Of a DNA stretch of 64,000 bases, positions 8,805-18,534 are shown piece by piece. The translations under genes and the position numbers were made by a program. Under the pieces are notes generated by a model. That model worked only from the letters and a program-made list of their open reading frames with translations, made no database searches and was not told the origin of the DNA. This DNA is from Syntrophales bacterium. GTDB lineage: Bacteria; Desulfobacterota; Syntrophia; Syntrophales; UBA2210. The stretch lies in NCBI GenBank assembly GCA_963662405.2, contig CAXXKT010000001.1:32001-96000 (forward strand), in the 5' to 3' direction. Numbering within the stretch: position 1 is the stretch's first letter; every line of letters starts with the position of its first letter.

Positions 8805-9944
8805 CTATTTCAAGAGCTCCCGCGATATGACCAGCTTCATGATCTGGTTGGTCCCCTCGTAGATCTGGGTGATCTTTGCATCCCGCATCATCCGCTCGAA
8901 GGGATATTCACGCATGTATCCGTATCCGCCGGCAATCTGAAGGGCATCGGTGGTGACCTTCATGGCGACATTCGAGGCAACCAGTTTCGAGGAGGCGGAC
9001 AGGTAGCTCTTGTTCGGATCGTTATTATCAATCAGGCGTGCGGCCTGATAGACGAGGCTCCGTGCCGCATCCAACTCCGCCGCCATGTCGGCCAGCATCC
9101 AGCTGATCCCCTGAAAAGCGGCGATCGGTCTGCCGAACTGGACCCGCTCTTTGGCATATTTGGCGGCCAGTTCCAAGGCCCCCTTGGCGACGCCGCAGGC
9201 CTGTGCCCCGATGACGGGGCGTGAGGTATCGAGGGTCTTCATGGCGTAGATGAACCCCTTCCCCTCCTCGCCGATGAGGTTTTCCGCCGGGATCTCGACA
9301 TCTTCAAAGAGCAACTCTCCCGTGGGGGACCCCTTGATCCCCATCTTCTTCTCCCACTTCGCCACGGAAAAGCCGGGCGTGTCGGTGGGAACGATGAAGG
9401 CACTGATCCCTTTAACACCTTTCGAGGAATCGGTCATGGCAAAGACCGTCAGGAGATTTGCCACGGGACCGTTGGTGATGAAACACTTGCTCCCGTTGAT
9501 GACGTAGGTGTCACCCTTCTTCACCGCACGGGTCGACATGGCACCGGAATCGGAACCGGCCCCCGGTTCGGTCAGACAGTAAGAGATCAGGACCTCCCCC
9601 GAGGCGACGAGGGGACCATATTTCTTTTTCTGTTCTTCGGTCCCGCCGATGAGGATCGGCTCCCATCCCAGCGATTGTCCCTGGACGATGAGCGACGAAC
9701 TGACGCAGGCACGGGCGATTTCTTCGACGGCAAGGCAGGTATAGAGATGTCCCTGATCGGCACCGCCGTACTGCTCGGGGACGGACAGGCCCAGGAGCCC
9801 CATATCCTGAAATATCTGTTTCAGATCCCAGGGGAATTCTTCTTTTTCATCGATCTCGGCAGCACGCGGCGCGACCTTCTCATCAACCATTCGCCTGAGC
9901 TGCTCGACAAACATCTTTTGTTCTTCGTTATCTAATAGATACAT
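8805..9944 (-). CDS. acyl-CoA dehydrogenase (butyryl-CoA dehydrogenase-like)
   Basis: LTEPGAGSD, NGSKCFITNG, KMGIKGSPT, ERVQFGRPI, QIYEGTNQI. Confidence 0.95.
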   Translation of the reverse strand: MYLLDNEEQKMFVEQLRRMVDEKVAPRAAEIDEKEEFPWDLKQIFQDMGLLGLSVPEQYGGADQGHLYTCLAVEEIARACVSSSLIVQGQSLGWEPILIGGTEEQKKKYGPLVASGEVLISYCLTEPGAGSDSGAMSTRAVKKGDTYVINGSKCFITNGPVANLLTVFAMTDSSKGVKGISAFIVPTDTPGFSVAKWEKKMGIKGSPTGELLFEDVEIPAENLIGEEGKGFIYAMKTLDTSRPVIGAQACGVAKGALELAAKYAKERVQFGRPIAAFQGISWMLADMAAELDAARSLVYQAARLIDNNDPNKSYLSASSKLVASNVAMKVTTDALQIAGGYGYMREYPFERMMRDAKITQIYEGTNQIMKLVISRELLK

Positions 9945-10024
9945 GTTAACTCCCTTCTCAACACCGGCCGTTCGTACCCGACCTTCGCATAAAAATCGTT
10001 TTTACTGATTATCGATCTCTCCGT

Positions 10025-10498
10025 TTACACCGACAAGGTCCAACCCGTAACCGGCGCCCGTTTCATCATGAGTTTTTTGTATCCGGACTGAACGACCACG
10101 TTATCCTGATTCATGACTTCCAGGTAGAGGGTAATGATCCCTCTGTCAAGTTTGCTCGTGCTCTCTTTCTTCTCTGTAACCCTGAAATGGACCTGGATGG
10201 TATCGCCGAAGAAGACCGGTGCACGAAATTTCCATTCGTCAACGCTCAAAAAGGCGATGGCCGTTCCTTCCAGGTATCCCGTCCGGAAAAGGAGACCGTG
10301 AGAGATCGCCAATATCAGAAGTCCATGAGCGATCCTCTTGCCGAACTGATTCTGTTTCGTAACCTCGGCACTCGTATGGAGTTCGTTGTAATCGCCGCTC
10401 ATGGCCGCAAACATGACCACGTCGGTTTCGGTTATCGTCCGGGTCGGGGTGACATACCCCTCATTTTCAACCCATTCGTCAAAGTACTTTCCACTCAT
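10025..10498 (-). CDS. MaoC-like dehydratase
   Basis: RTITETDVVMFAAMSGDYNELH, IAHGLL, PVFFGDTI. Confidence 0.9.
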   Translation of the reverse strand: MSGKYFDEWVENEGYVTPTRTITETDVVMFAAMSGDYNELHTSAEVTKQNQFGKRIAHGLLILAISHGLLFRTGYLEGTAIAFLSVDEWKFRAPVFFGDTIQVHFRVTEKKESTSKLDRGIITLYLEVMNQDNVVVQSGYKKLMMKRAPVTGWTLSV

Positions 10499-10562
10499 CT
10501 ATCTGCTGTTTCCTTTCCAGCGTCAGCACCGCGCATCACCCCGCCGCGTTCGCAGGGAATGC

Positions 10563-11270
10563 TTATCCGACACCGAGAAGCTGCTGTTGAAGTTCCGCAT
10601 CATCTCGTAATACGTGCGGATCTCCCTCGAATATAATCCGTCCCATCTCCATAACGTAACAGACATCGAGAAACTCCAGGAACTGGGGCGAAAACTGTTC
10701 CACGACAATCATGCTGATGTTGTGTTCCTTTTTGATCTTGAAGATCATCGAAATCAGGTGTTCCGCAATCAGCGGCGCCAGTCCCTCCGTCGGCTCGTCG
10801 AGGAGGATCAGGTCGGGATCACCCATCATGGTTCGGGCGACCGTGAGCATCTGTTGCTCGCCGCCGCTCATCTCGCACCCCAGGTTGTTTTCGAGGATCT
10901 TGAGTTTGGGGAAATAGTCATAGACCTCCTTGAGATCCCATTTAACCGTATCCTTCTTCGCCTTTTTCCCGACGATCAGGTTCTGTTTGACCGTCAGATT
11001 GGGAAATATGGCCCGGTCCTCGGGGACAAAACCGACCCCCTTATTCGCTATCTGGTATGCCGGAAGTCCGCTGATATCCTCGCCGCAGTACAGGATCTGC
11101 CCGTCATACCGGGGCGGGTTCAGTCCCATGATGCTCCTGAGCACCGAGGTCTTGCCGGCGCCATTGCGACCGAAGAGCCCGATCAGTTGTCCCTCTTCGA
11201 TCTTCAGGTTGATATCAAACAGGATATGGGCATCGCCGTAGAAACTATTGACATTTTTAAGCTCAAGCAT
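10563..11270 (-). CDS. HAAT ABC transporter ATP-binding protein (LivF-like)
   Basis: GRNGAGKT, MSGGEQQML, LLDEPTEGL. Confidence 0.92.
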   Translation of the reverse strand: MLELKNVNSFYGDAHILFDINLKIEEGQLIGLFGRNGAGKTSVLRSIMGLNPPRYDGQILYCGEDISGLPAYQIANKGVGFVPEDRAIFPNLTVKQNLIVGKKAKKDTVKWDLKEVYDYFPKLKILENNLGCEMSGGEQQMLTVARTMMGDPDLILLDEPTEGLAPLIAEHLISMIFKIKKEHNISMIVVEQFSPQFLEFLDVCYVMEMGRIIFEGDPHVLRDDAELQQQLLGVG

Positions 11271-12015
11271 TGTCTCTCTCCCCTAGATACGCCTTCTGAA
11301 CCTGCGCATTATTCGAAATCTCATCTTTCGTCCCCAAGGCGAGGACCGCACCCTGGTTCAGGACCAGGATCTTGTCCGAGATGGTGAAGACCGCGTCCAT
11401 ATCGTGTTCGACGATGATCAGTTTCATATCTTTTTTGAAATCTTCCGTGATCAACTGAATGATACGGACCCGCTCACCCTTCGCCAGGCCGCTCATGGGC
11501 TCATCGAGGAGGAGAACATCCGGCTCGGTGGTCAACGACATCGCCAGGTCCAGGATCTTCCGGTCGCCGTGGGAAATGGCCGTTACCACCTGATCCTTGA
11601 TGTCGATCAGGTGGACCCGTTCCAGGATCGCCAGTGCCTTGTCACGGACCGTTTTGTTGTTCAGAAAATTACGGAAGAGATTTCCCTTGAATCCCAGATT
11701 ACTCTGGACACCAATGCGCATGTTATCGAGGACGGTCATCTCCTCAAAGAGACTGACCACCTGGAATGAGCGGGATATCTTGTGCCGGATAATCTTCTCG
11801 GGGGGCAGTCCCGTAATATTCGTCCCTTTATACAGGATCTTCCCTTCATCCGGTTTGTGAAAGCCGGTCAACAAATTGAAAAACGTCGTCTTTCCGGCCC
11901 CATTTGGTCCGATGATTGAAAGGATACCCTCTTCTTCTATTTCGAGATCCACATGATCAGTCGCCACCAGTGAACCGAATCGCTTTGTCAAGCCTGTGAT
12001 GGAAAAGAGTGACAT
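11263..12015 (-). CDS. HAAT ABC transporter ATP-binding protein (LivG-like)
   Basis: GPNGAGKTT, SHGD, LLDEP, EHDM, VQKAYLG. Confidence 0.92.
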   Translation of the reverse strand: MSLFSITGLTKRFGSLVATDHVDLEIEEEGILSIIGPNGAGKTTFFNLLTGFHKPDEGKILYKGTNITGLPPEKIIRHKISRSFQVVSLFEEMTVLDNMRIGVQSNLGFKGNLFRNFLNNKTVRDKALAILERVHLIDIKDQVVTAISHGDRKILDLAMSLTTEPDVLLLDEPMSGLAKGERVRIIQLITEDFKKDMKLIIVEHDMDAVFTISDKILVLNQGAVLALGTKDEISNNAQVQKAYLGERDNA

Positions 12016-12078
12016 TGTCTTTTATCCTCTTGTCTGTATCGTGCATTATCCCGGCATGGCCATGGTAATGCATGAAAT

Positions 12079-13014
12079 CTATTTATTTTTAAACATCCCC
12101 AGCAAACCCGTCGGGAATGCAAGGATAATCACGACAAAGGACAGGCCGTACAGGAGTGCCCAGTGGTCCCAGAATGCGCTGATCAGTTCTTTCGCCAACA
12201 GGAATATGATGCTGCCGACGATGGGACCGTAAAAGCTTACCGTACCGCCACCCAGAAGGGTCGCAATCACGACATCTCCGGACTTCGTCCAGTCCAGAAT
12301 ATCGGCAAAAGCCGATTGAGTCAGGAAACAGTAGAGGCTCCCCGCCAGACCGGCGAAAAGCCCGGAGATGAGATAGACCCTGAATTTATAACTTCCCGTA
12401 TTGTACCCGAGATACTGCGCGCGAACAGGATTCTGGCGAATCGCCTTCAATGACATCCCGAAGGATGAATCGGCGATCATGCGGATAATGATCGCACAGA
12501 CAACAAACACCGCAAACACCAGATAATAGTAGGTGGTCGAATCGCTTATGTCGAGCCCCATGGCCGATGTTCTTTTAATACCCATCAACCCCGACTCACC
12601 GCCGGTCACCTCGTCCCAGCGCCAGCAGATGCCGAAGAGTACCTGTGTAAAGACAACCGTCAGGAGGGCAAAATAGGTGCCCTTTTTATTCCTGATCACA
12701 TACCCCAATACCCCGGCAAAGAGACAACCCGTCAGCGCCCCGATGATAACCGGGATGACAAACCCGCCGTTATCGAAAAAACGCAGGAACACAATAGCCG
12801 CGCCGTACGACCCCACGCCGTAGAAGGCACCGTGCCCGAACGACGGCAGACCGGTATACCCGAGACACAGGTTAAAACTCAGGGTAAAGATAAACCACAG
12901 AAGCAGCTCCGTCCCCAGCGATGTGAAATTCCCGATGTAGGGCAGCACGGGGTAAAGAAGGAATATGAGAAAAATCCAGAGATATGGATCTTTAAGTATC
13001 TTATTCATGTGCAC
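12079..13014 (-). CDS. HAAT ABC permease (LivM-like)
   Basis: GYTGLPSFGHGAFYG, TGGESG, AIRQN. Confidence 0.9.
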   Translation of the reverse strand: MHMNKILKDPYLWIFLIFLLYPVLPYIGNFTSLGTELLLWFIFTLSFNLCLGYTGLPSFGHGAFYGVGSYGAAIVFLRFFDNGGFVIPVIIGALTGCLFAGVLGYVIRNKKGTYFALLTVVFTQVLFGICWRWDEVTGGESGLMGIKRTSAMGLDISDSTTYYYLVFAVFVVCAIIIRMIADSSFGMSLKAIRQNPVRAQYLGYNTGSYKFRVYLISGLFAGLAGSLYCFLTQSAFADILDWTKSGDVVIATLLGGGTVSFYGPIVGSIIFLLAKELISAFWDHWALLYGLSFVVIILAFPTGLLGMFKNK

Positions 13015-13085
13015 GTAACCTCCAATTGAGCATCATCGAATGCGTCATATATCGCCGACAATGCCGTACCCACCATTTGATCTTT

Positions 13086-13958
13086 CTAGTCGGCGATATT
13101 CTGTTCGCCGAAAAATCCCCGGGGCCAGAAATAGATGACCACACCGAGGAGCACATAGGGGACGATGTCGACGAAACGCGGAAAGACCAGCGTCATCAAC
13201 GCCGATGTGACCCCCACGAGCAGGCCCGCAACAACGGTTCCGGGGATGCTCCCAAGCCCACCCATCAATACGATCAAAAAGGAGGGCATGAGCACCGAGG
13301 ATCCCATCCCCGACTTGATGCTCCATATGGGGGCGGCCAGGATGCCGGAGAGGCCCGCCAGCGCGGTGCCTAATATAAAGACCGTTGTCCTCAGTTTCGG
13401 CAGGTTATGCCCCAGGGCCCCGATCATCTCACCGTTGAACATACCGGCCTTGACAATGGCCCCGAATTTCGTCTTACTGATCAGGAGCCAGGTGCCTCCG
13501 ACCATGACGGCGGCGAAGATGCCGATAAAGATACGGTATTCCGAATATATGAAGTCCCCTATGATAATACAGCCGTTTGCAAAGTCAGGGGCACTGACGT
13601 TATGGGCGGCCGGGCCGAAGATCATCCTGATAAGCTCTTCAAGGGCGATGGAAAAACCCAGCGTTATCAGCAGGCCGAAGAGGGGATCCAATCCGTAGAC
13701 CCTCCGTATCAGGAGGCGTTCTATGAGAAATCCGATGGCGGCGACGAGGATGGGGACAACGACAATGGTCGGCCAGAACCCGATAGCATCCTTGAGCAGC
13801 CAGAAAAAGTAGGCGCCGAAGGCGAACATGACGCCATGGCAGAAATTGATGACACCTGAAACACCGAGTACCAGGCTGAAGCCCAGCGCTACCGCTGCAT
13901 ATACGAGGCCGAGAACGACACCGTTCAGGAGAAGGGATATGATCAGTACACTATTCAT
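13086..13958 (-). CDS. HAAT ABC permease (LivH-like)
   Basis: NG...G.VYA..ALG.SL..G..GVINFCHG, GGLGSIPG. Confidence 0.9.
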   Translation of the reverse strand: MNSVLIISLLLNGVVLGLVYAAVALGFSLVLGVSGVINFCHGVMFAFGAYFFWLLKDAIGFWPTIVVVPILVAAIGFLIERLLIRRVYGLDPLFGLLITLGFSIALEELIRMIFGPAAHNVSAPDFANGCIIIGDFIYSEYRIFIGIFAAVMVGGTWLLISKTKFGAIVKAGMFNGEMIGALGHNLPKLRTTVFILGTALAGLSGILAAPIWSIKSGMGSSVLMPSFLIVLMGGLGSIPGTVVAGLLVGVTSALMTLVFPRFVDIVPYVLLGVVIYFWPRGFFGEQNIAD

Positions 13959-13983
13959 GGTGTAACCTCTGTTCGCGGTTGCA

Positions 13984-14023
13984 GGGTGAGTCCCCGGAGC
14001 TTACGGTACCGGGGCCCTCACCC
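13984..14023 (-). other. stem-loop between binding protein and permease (stabiliser or partial terminator)
   Basis: GGGTGAG-TCCCCGG...CCGGGGC-C-CTCACCC inverted repeat. Confidence 0.5.
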
Positions 14024-14037
14024 ATACAAACGACACG

Positions 14038-15276
14038 TTATTTTTTACAGCTTACATCGACAGGATTCTCTTCCTTCGTCCGAGCAACATCGATCGCGGG
14101 GACAACAGCCTTGATTTCCATGATATCCGTTCCCTCGGCCTCGGTATTTCCCTTACCCAGGACAACCGACGTCATGAACTGGTGGTCCCACGGCCTGACC
14201 CACGTGGGGGTCGCGCGCATATTATCCTTAAGGGTCAGACCTTCCATTGCGCAGATAACCTTTTCCACATCATCAGCCGTCCCCGCCTTCTTGATTGCCT
14301 CAAGGAGAACCTTCATGGAAAGCCACCCGTTATAGCTTCCGTTATCCAGCACGGGGCAGGCGGCGGCAGGGTACTTCTTTGCGAAGGTCTCGGTCCACGC
14401 ACGGGTCTCAGGAGTCTCGTTCCAGCAGACCTCGGTCATGAAGTAGGGTTGGCGCTCCTTCTTGTCCAGCGGCCACATATCGACATACTCCATCAGGGTA
14501 TACCAGACATTCATCTTGTCGTAGATCTTGTATTCGGCAAGCTGCTTCATCAAGGCAACGTTGTCGAACCCGGCGCAGGTGATGACGAGGACATCGGCCC
14601 CGGAATTCCGCACCTGCAGGAGCTGGGAGCTGAAATCACGCGTTCCCAACGGAACCTTGATCTCACCGACTTCCTTACAACCCAGGTCCTTCATGGCATT
14701 CCGTGCCCACCTGGTTCCCGAATGGCCCCATGAGTAATCATGGGTAATGAAGTACCACTTTTTTCCGAGATTATCAGAGACATACTTGGCACCACCCCGA
14801 ACGAGGATAGCCATACTGGGGGCGGAACGGAAGACGTTGTGCCGTGCATTCTGTCCGGTCAGTGTATCGGAATTACCGTTGGTCGCGATGTACAGGACAT
14901 TCTTTTCCTCGGCAACGGCACCGATTGCGGTTGCAACCGAGCTGCTCACCGCACCCATCATGAACTTGACACCATCCACCTCGATCAATCTTCTGGCGCG
15001 CCTGGCTGCCGTATCAGGATTTGTTTCGGAATCCGCCGTAATCAGCGTCACGGGACGTCCCAAAACCTCTCCACCGTACTCATCGAGGGCAATCTGCATA
15101 CCGGCCCTTTCAAGGGCCCCATGATCACCATAGTTTCCCGAAACGGGACTTACCAGACCGATCCTGATGGGTTCCACCCCGAAGGCAGGGGACACCAGCA
15201 ACCCGCCAATGACCAATGCACACAGCACCAATACAAACGCGCCACCCAATCTCATACTTCCCTTTGCTTTCATCAT
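14038..15276 (-). CDS. ABC substrate-binding protein (LivK-like, PBP1 fold)
   Basis: Signal peptide, IRIGLVSPVSG, GGEVLGRPV...DSE, DYSWG, DFSSQL. Confidence 0.9.
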   Translation of the reverse strand: MMKAKGSMRLGGAFVLVLCALVIGGLLVSPAFGVEPIRIGLVSPVSGNYGDHGALERAGMQIALDEYGGEVLGRPVTLITADSETNPDTAARRARRLIEVDGVKFMMGAVSSSVATAIGAVAEEKNVLYIATNGNSDTLTGQNARHNVFRSAPSMAILVRGGAKYVSDNLGKKWYFITHDYSWGHSGTRWARNAMKDLGCKEVGEIKVPLGTRDFSSQLLQVRNSGADVLVITCAGFDNVALMKQLAEYKIYDKMNVWYTLMEYVDMWPLDKKERQPYFMTEVCWNETPETRAWTETFAKKYPAAACPVLDNGSYNGWLSMKVLLEAIKKAGTADDVEKVICAMEGLTLKDNMRATPTWVRPWDHQFMTSVVLGKGNTEAEGTDIMEIKAVVPAIDVARTKEENPVDVSCKK

Positions 15277-15501
15277 ACACTCCTCTTTCCCTAAAGGTAT
15301 TCGTAACATCTGTTACCAGCATACCGGCATTGGTTGTTCCCAATCCCGGCAACTCACCGTTGAGCATATCCAGCATCTTAAAAGGCGGACAATCCCGAGA
15401 TCGGGAACCCTCTATCCGCAGCATTCATCTCCCGCAGACCGCTTGGCCTGCGTATACAATTACAAAAGGCGCCGGAGCCATGTATAACGTCGGTGAGACA
15501 T

Positions 15502-15517
15502 TGCAATATTGATACCA
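15502..15517 (-). promoter_or_regulatory. sigma54 (-24/-12) promoter of the ABC-maoC-acd-gldA operon
   Basis: TGGTATCAATATTGCA on the minus strand, GG-N10-GC. Confidence 0.7.
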
Positions 15518-15790
15518 CGCCAGAGAGATGTTCAATAGAAATTGTAATTCCGGTATGTTAGAGAAACTTCCGCGTGAGAGGATCCGTAAACAGCTTCAAT
15601 TCAGCTGAGGATTTATCATAAAACAGGAAACAATAACAGATGGTTATACAGCACTTCCTCTTTGTACCCACCGGGTGTTCAGACCGGCCCGGATGCAGAT
15701 TATCAACGGCCCCATCACGCCGGGGCATTCATTGATTATCCTTTATGTGCGGCAGGTTAGGGCAAAGAGTGAAAACCGCCGCATCCTTCT

Positions 15791-15887
15791 GGTGCGATAA
15801 TACACCGGAGGGTGCGCATGCCGATAACATGCCGTATTTAAGGTGATTATTATGATCTTCCCGTATCACATGGTGCATATTGTCACC
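15791..15887. promoter_or_regulatory. paired palindromes, candidate bEBP upstream activating sites
   Basis: GGTGCGATAATACACC (15791-15806) and GGTGCATATTGTCACC (15872-15887). Confidence 0.45.
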
Positions 15888-16214
15888 GATACACCGTGTC
15901 GACGCATCACCGCACAGGAGTAACAGGCGGATCACGTGATACCTGCAAAGCGGTGAGTAGGGTGATGCCGGTACGGCGCTGAACGGCCCGATACCCCCTT
16001 TTTATCTCGCTTCCAGCCGTGGCAAGAATCAAAACATGAGAGGCCCTTCTCACCCGCTTTACCACAGCGTCACACACGATACCCTCCCCGCTCCGTCGAA
16101 ACCACGTTTACCAACAGGCCCTTTAATTACAATCACATTGAACGATATTCCGCCTCAATCCACGGGAGAAAGGCCTGCCGCTGAATCGTTACACCGCTGC
16201 AGCATATATTCCCG

Positions 16215-16231
16215 TTGGCATCAATTGTGCA
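16215..16231 (+). promoter_or_regulatory. sigma54 promoter of the crt-CoA transferase-adh operon
   Basis: TTGGCATCAATTGTGCA, GG-N10-GC, about 80 nt before the crt ATG. Confidence 0.65.
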
Positions 16232-16310
16232 GAAGGAGGCATGTCAATGGATATCCCGGGTATGGGGATGAAAAACGCACGCTCCCTTTGCGGAGCAGGG
16301 AGAATAGCAG

Positions 16311-17093
16311 ATGTCTTATCACTACGTACTATTAGAGAAGGAAAGTGGAATCGGGGTGCTTTCCATAAACCGCCCTGAAGCACTCAATGCCTTGGACATC
16401 AACGTCATGAAAGACCTGAAACGGGCAATCGGTGATATCGCCGAAGACGATGAGATCCAGGTCCTGATTATCACCGGGGTTGGGGATAAGGCCTTCGTAG
16501 CCGGGGCGGATATCAAGTTCATGCAGAAGCTCACTTCCCTCGAGGGGCGGGCATGGGGGATGCTGGGACAACAGATTTTCAGGGCGATTGAAACACTGGA
16601 GAAACCCGTCATCGCAGCGATAAATGGATTCTGCCTCGGAGGGGGGTGCGAGCTTGCCATGGCTGCCGATATCAGGATCGCCTCGGAGAAGGCACGATTC
16701 GGGCAACCCGAGGTGGGGCTGGGTATCATCCCGGGACACGGCGGAACACAACGACTGCCAAGACTGGTAGGAGAAGGGAGGGCCATGGAGATCTGCCTGA
16801 CGGGAGAGATGATTGATGCCCAAGAGGCCTATCGTATTGGCCTCGTCAACCACGTCTACCCACCCGAAGAACTGATGGAAGCGGCAACGGTAACGGCCCG
16901 ACGCATCATGAAGAACGCCCCTGTCGCCGTCCGGCATGCCAAGGTCGCCATCAACAGAGGTATGCAGGTCGACATCGATACGGCCATGACCATCGAGGCC
17001 GATCTCTTCGGCATCTGTTTTTCCACCCTGGATCAAAAAGAGGGAATGGATGCCTTTATCACCAAGAGAAAGGCCGCATTTCAGGGGGAATAG
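16311..17093 (+). CDS. crt: short-chain enoyl-CoA hydratase (crotonase)
   Basis: NRPEALNAL, AFVAGADI, GGGCELAMA.DIR, GQPEVGLG, GGTQRL. Confidence 0.9.
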   Translation: MSYHYVLLEKESGIGVLSINRPEALNALDINVMKDLKRAIGDIAEDDEIQVLIITGVGDKAFVAGADIKFMQKLTSLEGRAWGMLGQQIFRAIETLEKPVIAAINGFCLGGGCELAMAADIRIASEKARFGQPEVGLGIIPGHGGTQRLPRLVGEGRAMEICLTGEMIDAQEAYRIGLVNHVYPPEELMEAATVTARRIMKNAPVAVRHAKVAINRGMQVDIDTAMTIEADLFGICFSTLDQKEGMDAFITKRKAAFQGE

Positions 17094-17203
17094 GAACAGG
17101 GTGCCGGAAAAGACGGGCAAGATCTCGCGCCCCGAACAGGGCACCGAAGCACCACCGGTACGTGTGGGAGGATCGGACAAAATACTTTCGTGGAGGATAT
17201 TCA

Positions 17204-18499
17204 ATGAATTGGGAGAAGATATATCAACAACGCGTCGTCACTGCCGAAGAGGCGGTTTCTCATATCAAATCGGGCGATCGGGTCGTCGTGGAACATGCCG
17301 CCGGAACCCCCGAATTATTGTTGAAAACAATGGTCGATCACAAAGAGGCATACCGGGATGTCGAGATAGCCCACCAGATTGCCATGGGGCATTCGCTCTA
17401 CTGCCTGCCGGAATGTCAGCCTCACTTTACGCACAACTCCCTCTTCGCCGGGGCGACATCCCGCGAGGCGATCAAGGAGGGACGGGCCTTTTTTACCGCC
17501 GTGCACAACAGTGATCTTCCGCGGCTGTTCCTGGAAAATATCCTGCCCGTGGACGTGGCCCTCTGCATGGTCTCTTCGCCCGACGAGCATGGGTACTGCT
17601 CCTTCGGTGTTTCCATCGACTATACCAAGGCGGCCGCCGAGAGTGCAAAGCTCGTGATCGCGGAGGTCACGCCGAATATGCCCCGGACCCTGGGGGATGG
17701 ATTCATCCACGTATCAAAGATCGATTACATCGTGGAATGCGACACGGCGCCCTTGATCCTCGAACCCCCGACGATCACCTCCATCGACGAGGCCATTGGC
17801 GGGTACTGTGCCGAGTTGATACGAGATGGGGATTGCCTCCAGCTTGGTATCGGTGCGGTTCCTGATTCCGTCCTCGGATTTTTGGAAGAGAAGAAGGACC
17901 TGGGGATACATACCGAGATGTTCTCAGACGGTGTCGTTGATCTGGTGGAAAAGGGAATCATCACCTGTTCCCGAAAAAACCGCCACCGGGGGAAAATGGT
18001 GGCCTCCTTCTTTATGGGAACTGAAAAGCTGTATCAGTTTATCAATAACAATCCCACGGTCGAAGCCCTCCCCTTTGATTACACGAATGCCCCCGAGATC
18101 ATCGCGAAGAACGACAACATGGTCTCGGTCAACTCGGCGCTACAGGTCGATTTTACCGGGCAGGTTGCATCGGACACGATCGGCTACCGGCAATACAGCG
18201 GCATCGGAGGCCAGGCCGATTTTGTACGCGGGGCCACTCATTCACGGAACGGTCGCTCCATCCTGGCATTCCATTCCACCGCGGCAGGAGGCACGGTATC
18301 CCGGATCGTATCCCACCTGGACGAAGGTTCCTGCGTCTGCACAAGCAGGGCCGATGTTCACTACATCGTGACGGAGTATGGCATTGCCGATATGCGGGGG
18401 AAGACGGTGCACCAGCGGGCAAAGGCGCTTATTTCCATTGCCCACCCCGACTTCCGAGATGAACTGAGAAAAGAATTTGCGGGTATATACAAGGGCTAG
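17204..18499 (+). CDS. 4-hydroxybutyrate CoA-transferase family (Cat2/AbfT-like)
   Basis: MNWEKIY, DEHGYCSFG, LQLGIGAVP, HTEMFSDG, SGIGGQADF; strong GGAGG RBS. Confidence 0.88.
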   Translation: MNWEKIYQQRVVTAEEAVSHIKSGDRVVVEHAAGTPELLLKTMVDHKEAYRDVEIAHQIAMGHSLYCLPECQPHFTHNSLFAGATSREAIKEGRAFFTAVHNSDLPRLFLENILPVDVALCMVSSPDEHGYCSFGVSIDYTKAAAESAKLVIAEVTPNMPRTLGDGFIHVSKIDYIVECDTAPLILEPPTITSIDEAIGGYCAELIRDGDCLQLGIGAVPDSVLGFLEEKKDLGIHTEMFSDGVVDLVEKGIITCSRKNRHRGKMVASFFMGTEKLYQFINNNPTVEALPFDYTNAPEIIAKNDNMVSVNSALQVDFTGQVASDTIGYRQYSGIGGQADFVRGATHSRNGRSILAFHSTAAGGTVSRIVSHLDEGSCVCTSRADVHYIVTEYGIADMRGKTVHQRAKALISIAHPDFRDELRKEFAGIYKG

Positions 18500-18534
18500 A
18501 AAATACTCGATTTGAAACAAGGAATACCGCGCAG

